Shown: in pieces, positions 9,628-17,465 of the stretch
Numbering within the stretch: position 1 is the stretch's first letter
How the letters are laid out: each line of letters starts with the position of its first letter
Assembly (NCBI RefSeq): GCF_004339805.1
Contig: NZ_SLUI01000007.1
Location: 57,061-81,060, forward strand
Source: Anaerospora hongkongensis
GTDB lineage: Bacteria; Bacillota; Negativicutes; Sporomusales; DSM-15969
Reading direction: 5' to 3'
Length of the DNA: 24,000 bases
Translations under genes and position numbers: made by a program
Notes under the pieces: generated by a model
The model's input: the letters and a program-made list of their open reading frames with translations, nothing else
Told to the model about the DNA's origin: nothing
Database searches by the model: none

Positions 9628-10677
9628 ATGGAACCTAATGTAAATCAAGATGTTGCAAGCAAGCTGACAACTAACAAGAAAAAAATAGTGCTGGCAGCGG
9701 TGGCTGCTGTAATCGTCATTGCTTTGCTGGGGTACTGGTATTGGACGAAGACGCCTCAGTACTCCTTGAAACAAATGCAAGAATCGGTTGCCAAACACGA
9801 TTTGGCAGCATTCAATAAATATGTCGATATTGACAGTGTTACTTCACGGGCTATTGATCAATTGCTGGAGCTGAAATTGAACGATCCTAAGGACGTGCAA
9901 GATGATACTACGAAAAACTTTGCGGCAGGATTGATTAAGATCCTCAAACCACAGCTTGTCGCCGTTGCCAAAGAAGAAATTAAAACGTTTGTTGAGAAAG
10001 GAACGACCGAGCTTCCTGATAGTCAGTCCCCCAATAATCCGAAGATGAAAGAATTGCTGAATACCGGCAGTGGTAAAGCTGAATTTAAAGGCGTTGCCTA
10101 TACTAATAAGGACGGCAAAATAGCAACCGTTGGTATCGACATGTTTTATCCTAAGCTAAACAGTACGACGGTGTTAGAAGTAAAAATGCGGGAAATGGAC
10201 GGCTATTGGCAAATTGCCGAGATCAGCAATCTCGCCAGCTTTGTGAAAAAACTGGAGGAACTGGAGACGGCAAAATTAGCCGAAATCAACAAACAGACGA
10301 TCGCCGAAATCAATAGTGCAATGCGCTTAGAAAGTATCACGATCACCAAGCAAAGCCTCAATCGCTATGCAAAGGTAGTTGCATTCCCAAGCCGCATCAC
10401 TTTCCTAACGCAAAAGGACATACGTGAATTCCAGGGACTGATAACCGTAAAGACCCAGGACGGGAAACTACTGCTCAAAGATACTGTTCAGGCAAACGGA
10501 ACAACAACCCCTGGGAAAGTAGTCGATATGACCTGGAGCAAAGAGGTTAATATGTTCAGCCAAGCCGATAATCTGATGTTCAACACGCCAGCGGATCAAT
10601 TGGTTGTTTCGATGGAGTTTCAGAGACTGAAGTTCTCAGATGGAACTGAGTTGAAGATATTGGATAAGCTGCCTTAG
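9628..10677 (+). CDS. membrane-anchored hypothetical protein (349 aa), possibly DUF2939-like N-terminal region
   Basis: A GGAGG RBS lies 7 nt upstream of ATG 9628 (MEPNVNQ...). An N-terminal TM helix (IVLAAVAAVIVIALLGYWYW) is followed by YSLKQMQESVAKHDLAAFNKYVD. The track start at 9529 has no RBS. Confidence 0.75.
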   Translation: MEPNVNQDVASKLTTNKKKIVLAAVAAVIVIALLGYWYWTKTPQYSLKQMQESVAKHDLAAFNKYVDIDSVTSRAIDQLLELKLNDPKDVQDDTTKNFAAGLIKILKPQLVAVAKEEIKTFVEKGTTELPDSQSPNNPKMKELLNTGSGKAEFKGVAYTNKDGKIATVGIDMFYPKLNSTTVLEVKMREMDGYWQIAEISNLASFVKKLEELETAKLAEINKQTIAEINSAMRLESITITKQSLNRYAKVVAFPSRITFLTQKDIREFQGLITVKTQDGKLLLKDTVQANGTTTPGKVVDMTWSKEVNMFSQADNLMFNTPADQLVVSMEFQRLKFSDGTELKILDKLP

Positions 10678-10707
10678 TAGGGAGAGTGGTAGTGCTGATT
10701 TTATAAT

Positions 10708-10740
10708 AGAAACCCTAGCCATGTGGCTAGGGTTTCTATT
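10708..10740 (+). terminator. stem-loop terminator after the hypothetical gene
   Basis: AGAAACCCTAGCC pairs with GGCTAGGGTTTCT in a near-perfect palindrome. The T-tail (TCTATT) is weak. Confidence 0.55.
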
Positions 10741-10983
10741 AGTACGTGTAATTGATTAAGCCTATATGAGGCTTGTATTAATTGAAAGGATATTGTAATA
10801 TAAATACGTCGAAACATACTATGTTTACAGGAGATGGCTACCCTGTACTGATGATGACAGGCTTATTATCAATCAAAAATCTTATTAAGGTTCTTGGTGA
10901 GGGAGCGTGGTGCTATATCAATATTAATTTCTTTGTTCACTCATTAAACCATTTTTCGCTCTACTTTAGTTTTTTAGCCATCT

Positions 10984-11036
10984 CGCCTTATAGGCCAAGC
11001 CTACTGATGAGTCCGTGTAAGTCGGACGAAAAGGGT
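10984..11036 (+). ncRNA. candidate type III hammerhead self-cleaving ribozyme
   Basis: Read 5' to 3': CCUU (10986-10989, stem III 5' strand), A10990 (H17, predicted cleavage after it), UAGGC-CAA-GCCUA (10991-11003, stem I hairpin), CUGAUGA (11004-11010), GUCCG-UGUAAGU-CGGAC (11011-11027, stem II with the G10.1-C11.1 pair), GAA (11028-11030) and AAGG (11031-11034, stem III 3' strand with the A15.1-U16.1 pair). Every invariant core position matches. Confidence 0.65.
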
Positions 11037-11068
11037 AAAAGACATCCGATGCTGGATGTCTTTTTTAT
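11037..11068 (+). terminator. rho-independent terminator immediately 3' of the hammerhead motif
   Basis: AAAAGACATCC (11037-11047), loop GATGCT, GGATGTCTTTT (11054-11064), with the T-run continuing to 11066. Confidence 0.75.
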
Positions 11069-11229
11069 TATATCAATCATTACCTTTAGCGTATGATTTT
11101 CCTCTATGCTTCTCGACGTAACAACACAGGAAGATGGCACTTTTTAGCGAAACATAAAGATATTGGTATATATCTTTTAGAGATGAATTTGCTTATCTGA
11201 TGTTAATTTGCATTCGGAGGGTGACTTTT

Positions 11230-14200
11230 TTGAAATCTAACTTTTCTTTTTTAGAAGGACGATGGCCGCTTCTTGCTTCTATTGGGATGATGGCTGAACG
11301 ATATATCCATACCGACTCAAATTCCTGCTTTATCAAGCTGGGGTTATTTGCCGAGTCTATGGTACGGTTGATCTTTACATTAGATCAGATCGAAGAACCG
11401 CAGGTCGATAATACGCATGCCAACCGGATTAGAATTCTCAAAAATGAAGGACTTCTTCCGAAAGATATTGATGATATTCTCTATGTGCTCAGACAGACGC
11501 GCAATAAAGCGGCCCATGATGGCTACGAATCAACTGAACAGGCCATGCTCTTAGTTCAGTTTGCCTATAAGCTTGGCGGCTGGTTCATGCAGACCTATGG
11601 AGACTGGAATTATGAGCCAGTAGCTTTTGTAAAACCTCATGCTATTGCGAATGACCTTGCTCTCAGTTCTGACAGCAAGCAGCAAGAAGAGCGCATCAAA
11701 GAACTCACCACGCAGATCAAGCAAGATGTTGCTGCTCTGCAGCCTATACCGCTTGCTGAACGACGAAAACAAAGCATTTCGTCAGCAGAAAAAATCAATC
11801 TTTCCGAAAAAGAAACCCGTTATCTCATCGACGAACAGCTCAGGCAAGTTGGCTGGGAAGCCGATTCCCTTCATATTCGCTACTCTAAGGGCATAAGACC
11901 ACAACGCGGCAAAAATCTGGCTATCGCTGAATGGCCGACCGATTCAATGGTAGGCGGTAGAGGTTTTGTCGACTATGCGCTATTTGTTGGAACTCAATTG
12001 GTTGGTGTTGTTGAGGCCAAGCGTCATTTGACAGACGTCCCAGCCGTGATTGATTATCAATGCAAAGAGTATGCCCAAAAGATAAAAGCCGAGCATGCCG
12101 GGTATCGCATCCATCAATGGGGCGACTATCAGGTCCCGTTTCTCTTTGCCACCAATGGACGCAAGTATTTAAAACAGCTGGAAACAAAATCGGGTATTTG
12201 GTTTTTGGATGCCCGTAAACCCACTAATCTTGCTAAAGCGCTGCAAGGCTGGCCAAGTCCGCAGGGCTTGCTTGAACTCTTGGCACAGGATATAGATAAA
12301 GCCAATCAGGTATTGGCCAATACCAGCTATGATCTGTTGAGCGATAAGGATGGCTTGAACTTACGGGATTATCAAATAAAAGCCATTCAGTCGGCTGAGC
12401 AAGCCGTAGCCGAAGGTAAGCAGACTGTGTTATTGTCAATGGCCACCGGGACAGGGAAAACCCGGACGATTTTAGGTCTGATCTATCGCTTAATCAAAAC
12501 TAGCCGTTTTAAACGAGTGCTATTTCTGGTTGATCGCACCGCGTTAGGGGAACAGGCTCAGGATGTCTTTAAGGAAGTCAAATTGGAAGACTTAATGACC
12601 CTAGATGAAATTTATAATATTAAAGGGTTGGAAGATAAGGAGATTGACAAAGAAACCAAAATCCACGTCGCCACAGTTCAGAGTCTTGTCAAAAGAATCC
12701 TGTATGCTGATGGTGAAAGCATGCCCGCTGTTACTGACTATGATTTGATTGTGATTGATGAAGCTCACCGGGGCTACATCCTGGACAAAGAAATGGGCGA
12801 AGAGGAACTGTTGTATCGGAATCAAGAGGATTATGTCAGTAAATACCGGACAGTCATTGAATATTTTGATGCTGTAAAAATAGCGCTTACCGCAACTCCG
12901 GCCCTCCATACCACAGAAATTTTCGGCACTCCTGTTTTTAACTATACCTATCGTGAAGCCGTCATTGAAGGCTATTTGGTTGATCATGATGCCCCCCATA
13001 CCCTGAAAACCAAGCTGGCCATGGAAGGCATTCGTTATTGCAAAGGTGATATTGTTGCCTTATATGATCCGGTTACTGGAGAAATTACCAACAGTCATGA
13101 ACTGGAAGACGAACTGAATTTTGATATTGAAAGTTTTAACCGGAAAGTTATTACCGAATCATTTAATAAAACGGTGTTAGAGGAAATTGCCAAATATATC
13201 AACCCGGACGGTCAGGGCAAAACTTTAATTTTTGCCGTGGATGATGCTCATGCCGATCTGATTGTCAAACTTCTGAAAGTAATCTATCAGGAATATGGCG
13301 TAGATCGGGATGCCATTATGAAAATCACCGGTTCGGTGGCTGGCGGCAACAAGAAGAAAGTACTGGAAGCCATTAAAAAGTTTAAAAATGAGAAATATCC
13401 CAATCTTGTTGTTACCGTTGACTTGCTGACAACTGGAATTGACGTTCCTGAAATATCCACCCTGGTGTTTATGCGCCGGGTAAAGTCAAGAATTCTGTTT
13501 GAACAGATGTTAGGCCGGGCAACCCGCCTATGTTCCGATATTGATAAGACACACTTTGAAATCTTTGACCCGGTAGGTGTGTACGAATCCTTAGAACCGT
13601 TAAGTACCATGAAGCCGGTAGTGGCCAATAAAGGTGCTACCTTTGCCGATCTGATCAACGGGCTGGAAGTGCTGGAAACCGAAGCCCAAAAGAAAAATCA
13701 GCTTGACCTGATTATCGCTAAGCTGCAGCGAGCCAAACGAAAAGTCAACAGCCAGCTGCTGGAACATTTTATTGACTTATCAGGCGGGCAAAATCCAGCC
13801 CAATTTATTGAAACCCTGCAAACGCTGACCATCGAGAAGGCTCAAGACCATATCCTGGAGCATAAACGCCTGTTCGAACTTCTGAATGAAGGTGGCTATC
13901 ATCCGGGAAGAGCGACAGTTGTATCCTTTAAGGAAGACGAACTGCTCTATCATACCAGAGGCTATGGCAATGCCCAAAAACCGCAAGACTATTTGGAAGA
14001 ATTCAAACGTTTTGTTGAAGACAATAAAGATAAAATTGCTGCGTTGAATATTGTCTGCACCAGACCCAAAGAGCTTACACGCGAGACTTTAAAAAGTCTA
14101 AAACTGGAGCTTGACCGTAATCGATTTACTGAGGTTCAACTCAATTCAGCCTGGAGAGAGATCCGGAATGAAGAGATTACGGCTGATATTATTACCTTTA

Positions 14201-14487
14201 TTCGTCGGCTAACGCTGGGCTCACCCTTGATTAGCCACGAACAGCGAATCAAAAATGCTGTGAATAAGCTTAAGCAGAATCATCGCTTTAGTAAAATGGA
14301 GCTGGACTGGCTGGGACGGATTGAAAAGCATCTTTTGCATGAAAGCATTCTGGCGGTCGACACCTTTGAAACCGGCGCATTCAAATCAAAGGGCGGGTAC
14401 AAAGTTATCAATAAAGTTTTTAGCAATAAATTGGAAGAAATTATCGCAGAACTTAATGATTATCTATATGACGATTGGAGCGCATAA
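11230..14487 (+). CDS. hsdR: type I restriction endonuclease R subunit (HsdR) with an N-terminal DUF4145-like domain and an EcoEI-R-type C-terminal region
   Basis: Walker A MATGTGKT, DEAH box VIDEAHRG, helicase motif VI-like QMLGRATR and an HSDR_N-type region (ETRYLIDEQLRQVGW) are present. The N-terminal ~130 aa (FSFLEGRWP...RNKAAHD) resemble DUF4145. The likely start is TTG 11230 (MKSNFSFLE), 8 nt after the RBS GGAGGG. The track start at 11200 has no RBS. Confidence 0.9.
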   Translation: MKSNFSFLEGRWPLLASIGMMAERYIHTDSNSCFIKLGLFAESMVRLIFTLDQIEEPQVDNTHANRIRILKNEGLLPKDIDDILYVLRQTRNKAAHDGYESTEQAMLLVQFAYKLGGWFMQTYGDWNYEPVAFVKPHAIANDLALSSDSKQQEERIKELTTQIKQDVAALQPIPLAERRKQSISSAEKINLSEKETRYLIDEQLRQVGWEADSLHIRYSKGIRPQRGKNLAIAEWPTDSMVGGRGFVDYALFVGTQLVGVVEAKRHLTDVPAVIDYQCKEYAQKIKAEHAGYRIHQWGDYQVPFLFATNGRKYLKQLETKSGIWFLDARKPTNLAKALQGWPSPQGLLELLAQDIDKANQVLANTSYDLLSDKDGLNLRDYQIKAIQSAEQAVAEGKQTVLLSMATGTGKTRTILGLIYRLIKTSRFKRVLFLVDRTALGEQAQDVFKEVKLEDLMTLDEIYNIKGLEDKEIDKETKIHVATVQSLVKRILYADGESMPAVTDYDLIVIDEAHRGYILDKEMGEEELLYRNQEDYVSKYRTVIEYFDAVKIALTATPALHTTEIFGTPVFNYTYREAVIEGYLVDHDAPHTLKTKLAMEGIRYCKGDIVALYDPVTGEITNSHELEDELNFDIESFNRKVITESFNKTVLEEIAKYINPDGQGKTLIFAVDDAHADLIVKLLKVIYQEYGVDRDAIMKITGSVAGGNKKKVLEAIKKFKNEKYPNLVVTVDLLTTGIDVPEISTLVFMRRVKSRILFEQMLGRATRLCSDIDKTHFEIFDPVGVYESLEPLSTMKPVVANKGATFADLINGLEVLETEAQKKNQLDLIIAKLQRAKRKVNSQLLEHFIDLSGGQNPAQFIETLQTLTIEKAQDHILEHKRLFELLNEGGYHPGRATVVSFKEDELLYHTRGYGNAQKPQDYLEEFKRFVEDNKDKIAALNIVCTRPKELTRETLKSLKLELDRNRFTEVQLNSAWREIRNEEITADIITFIRRLTLGSPLISHEQRIKNAVNKLKQNHRFSKMELDWLGRIEKHLLHESILAVDTFETGAFKSKGGYKVINKVFSNKLEEIIAELNDYLYDDWSA

Positions 14488-14490
14488 CGA

Positions 14491-15909
14491 GTGACAAATC
14501 AAGAAATCGTAGCCAAGCTGTGGAACTTATGCAACGTCCTGCGAGATGATGGCATCACCTATCATCAGTACGTGACGGAGCTTACTTATATTCTTTTTCT
14601 AAAAATGGCTAAAGAGACCGATACCGACAGTCAAATTCCTGCCGAGTACCGCTGGGATAAGTTGGCAGGACAACAAGGAACAGACCTAAAGAAATTCTAT
14701 AACAGGCTGCTGAATGATTTAGGAGAAAATAGTACCGGCAGAGTCCGGGAGATTTATTCAGGAGCCCGCTCGAATATTGAAGAGCCGAAGAATCTGGAAA
14801 AGATCATTAAATCCATTGATGATCTGGACTGGTATTCGGCGAAAGAAGAGGGGCTTGGCAACCTCTATGAGGGACTGTTAGAGAAAAACGCCAACGAAAA
14901 GAAATCCGGGGCAGGTCAGTATTTTACCCCGCGAGTCTTGATTGATATTATGGTAAAACTCATAAATCCCAAGGTGGGCGAAGTTTGCAATGATCCTGCC
15001 TGTGGCACATTTGGCTTTATGATTGCTGCTGACCGGTATATCAAAGATCAGACTGACGGCTTGCTGGATTTGCCGGTAGATGTGCAGCTATTCCAGAAAC
15101 AAAAGGCCTTCACTGGCTGCGAACTAGTACATGACACCCATCGTCTGGCGCTTATGAATGCCATGCTGCATGATATCGAAGGTGAAATCGTATTGGGAGA
15201 TACCTTGTCCAATGCAGGTAAGAGTATGAAAGGCTATGACGTCGTGCTCACCAATCCGCCGTTTGGCACCAAGAAAGGCGGCGAGCGCACGAACCGCGAC
15301 GATTTAGTCTATCCTAGTTCCAATAAGCAGTTAAACTTTCTCCAACATATTTATCGTTCGTTAAAGTCTGATAATCAGGCACGGGCGGCTGTGGTGCTGC
15401 CCGATAACGTACTGTTTGCTGACGGGGACGGAGCCAATATTCGTGAGGATCTGATGGATAAATGTAACCTGCATACTATCCTCAGATTACCTACCGGGAT
15501 TTTCTATGCCCAGGGAGTAAAGACCAATGTATTATTCTTTACCCGGGGTGCTACTGACAAAGGGAATACCAAGCAAGTCTGGGTCTATGACTTACGCACC
15601 AACATGCCCAGTTTTGGCAAGACCACGCCGCTTAAAGTGGAGCATTTTGCTGGATTCATGCAGGCCTATACTGCCCAAGATCGTTCCTCTGTTCAGGACG
15701 AACGCTGGAACCTGTTCACTAGGGAGCAGATCACCGAAAAGGGTAACAGCCTGGATGTTGGCCTAATTCGTGATGACAGTGTACTCGACTATGAAGACCT
15801 GCAGGACCCGATAGAAAGCGGCGAGGAAGTAGTTGCTCAATTGGAAGAAGCCGTTGACCTCATTCTGAGTGTCGTCAAAGAACTGAAAAGTCTGGGCGGT
15901 GGCAAGTAA
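14491..15909 (+). CDS. hsdM: type I R-M N6-adenine DNA methyltransferase subunit (HsdM)
   Basis: The HsdM_N-type N-terminus (KLWNLCNVLRDDG...YILFLKM), the SAM-binding region DPACGTFGF and the catalytic NPPFG are present. A GTG start lies 3 nt after the hsdR stop. Confidence 0.92.
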   Translation: MTNQEIVAKLWNLCNVLRDDGITYHQYVTELTYILFLKMAKETDTDSQIPAEYRWDKLAGQQGTDLKKFYNRLLNDLGENSTGRVREIYSGARSNIEEPKNLEKIIKSIDDLDWYSAKEEGLGNLYEGLLEKNANEKKSGAGQYFTPRVLIDIMVKLINPKVGEVCNDPACGTFGFMIAADRYIKDQTDGLLDLPVDVQLFQKQKAFTGCELVHDTHRLALMNAMLHDIEGEIVLGDTLSNAGKSMKGYDVVLTNPPFGTKKGGERTNRDDLVYPSSNKQLNFLQHIYRSLKSDNQARAAVVLPDNVLFADGDGANIREDLMDKCNLHTILRLPTGIFYAQGVKTNVLFFTRGATDKGNTKQVWVYDLRTNMPSFGKTTPLKVEHFAGFMQAYTAQDRSSVQDERWNLFTREQITEKGNSLDVGLIRDDSVLDYEDLQDPIESGEEVVAQLEEAVDLILSVVKELKSLGGGK

Positions 15910-17414
15910 TGGCGAAGAAAGAAAAGCTGTCGCTGTCGCCGGAGGAACTACTGGAGCAGGCTTTAGTTAAAGAAGAGGAGCAGCCTTATGCTGTGCCGGG
16001 TAATTGGGTGTGGACTAGGTTGGCAAGTTTGGTAAATATACACAGAGGCGTTTCATTCACAAAGAATGATGCAAAACTTAAAAAAGAAAATACTACTTGT
16101 CTAATTTTACGTGGTGGAAATATAAATGATGGAAAGCTAATATTCGATGATAATATTTATGTGAGTAAATCTTTAGTAAAAGAAGTACAGTTATTGAAAA
16201 AAAACGATATTATTATTGTTGCATCTACTGGCAGTACTAAAGTTATCGGAAAAGCGGCAATATCTGAAGAAAATTATGCAGATGTTGCATTTGGAGCTTT
16301 TATTACATTAGTAAGAGTTAAAGAGGATTTAAATCAAAAGTTTGTTGCCTTTTATTTTCTAAGTGAAATGTATAGAAGCTTAATTAGAAAATATGCAAAA
16401 GGTGTCAATATAAATAATATTAAGAACGAGCACATTTTATTTATGCCATTCGTTCTTCCCCCGCTCCCCGAACAGCAACGAATCGTTGCTGTAATCGAAT
16501 CTCTTTTCGAAAAGCTCAACCGCGCCAAAGAACTGGCCCAAACCGCTCTAGACTCCTTTGAAAACAGAAAATCTGCTATATTGCATAAAGCCTTCACCGG
16601 GGAACTGACCAGAAAGTGGCGTGAGGAGAATACTTCAGAGCATAATAAGTTATTGGAAGTTATATTGGAATTTTATACAAATTCTTCAAAACTTAAAGAT
16701 ATAAGTATAATTAAAGAGTTTCAGGGAAAGGCCTCTGTTCTTAAAAACATTAAAAATAGTAAATGGTATAAGTGTCATATAGGGGCAATTGGAATAGTTT
16801 GTAATGGCAGTACCCCATCCCGAAAAGTTTTAAAATACTGGGGAGGCGAGATTTCTTGGGTTAGTTCTGGGGAGGTCCGGAACAATGTTATAAACTATAC
16901 AAATGAAAAAATCACGACTGAGGGATATAATGCATCATCAGTAAGGATGTTGAATAAAGGTTCGATTCTTATTGCTATGATTGGAGAAGGTAAAACACGG
17001 GGGCAAACCGCGATATTAAATATTGATGCAACTATTAATCAAAATATCGCAGCTATAGATTTAAGTCACAAATGTGTGATTTCAAAATTTGTTTGGTATT
17101 GGTTGCAATATCAATATGAAAATAATCGTCAAGTAGGAAACGGCTCTGGCCCAAAAGCACTTAATTGTCATAAAATCCGAAATTTGGATTTTATTCTTCC
17201 CCCTCTTCTAGAACAACAAGAAATCGTCCGTATTCTCGATAACCTCCTGGAAAACGAGCAAAAAGCCAAAGATCTGTGTGATGTGATCGATAAAATTGAC
17301 CATATGAAAAAATCCATCCTAGCCCGTGCTTTCCGAGGCGAGCTGGGTACTAACAATCCTGCTGAAGAAAGCGCTCTAGGGTTGTTGAAAGAAGTGCTGA
17401 AGGCTAAGGCTTAA
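15909..17414 (+). CDS. hsdS: type I R-M specificity subunit (HsdS) with two target recognition domains
   Basis: The ATG overlaps the hsdM stop (TAATG). Two conserved helical repeats separate two variable TRDs: PPLPEQQRIVAVIESLFEKL...ILHKAFTGELT and PPLLEQQEIVRILDNLLENE...ILARAFRGELG. Confidence 0.92.
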   Translation: MAKKEKLSLSPEELLEQALVKEEEQPYAVPGNWVWTRLASLVNIHRGVSFTKNDAKLKKENTTCLILRGGNINDGKLIFDDNIYVSKSLVKEVQLLKKNDIIIVASTGSTKVIGKAAISEENYADVAFGAFITLVRVKEDLNQKFVAFYFLSEMYRSLIRKYAKGVNINNIKNEHILFMPFVLPPLPEQQRIVAVIESLFEKLNRAKELAQTALDSFENRKSAILHKAFTGELTRKWREENTSEHNKLLEVILEFYTNSSKLKDISIIKEFQGKASVLKNIKNSKWYKCHIGAIGIVCNGSTPSRKVLKYWGGEISWVSSGEVRNNVINYTNEKITTEGYNASSVRMLNKGSILIAMIGEGKTRGQTAILNIDATINQNIAAIDLSHKCVISKFVWYWLQYQYENNRQVGNGSGPKALNCHKIRNLDFILPPLLEQQEIVRILDNLLENEQKAKDLCDVIDKIDHMKKSILARAFRGELGTNNPAEESALGLLKEVLKAKA

Positions 17415-17465
17415 CCGTAAAAGGTATGTGGGGGATAATTTTAGGGAATTGGTAGAAGAGGATTG

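Noticed and set aside
10848-10854. Second CTGATGA heptamer, a possible second hammerhead
   Set aside because: It sits in the loop of a small CCTGT/ACAGG hairpin. It has no downstream stem II followed by GAAA, and no stem I/III partners. It is a chance occurrence of the heptamer.
10782-11096. 104-aa + strand ORF in the gap upstream of hsdR
   Set aside because: It has a TTG start with no RBS and a low-complexity AT-driven sequence. It reads straight through the hammerhead motif and a strong terminator hairpin. I treat it as non-coding.
15909-17414. Phase-variable (shufflon-type) hsdS
   Set aside because: The window contains no second hsdS copy, no inverted hsdS fragments, no simple-sequence repeat tract and no site-specific recombinase.
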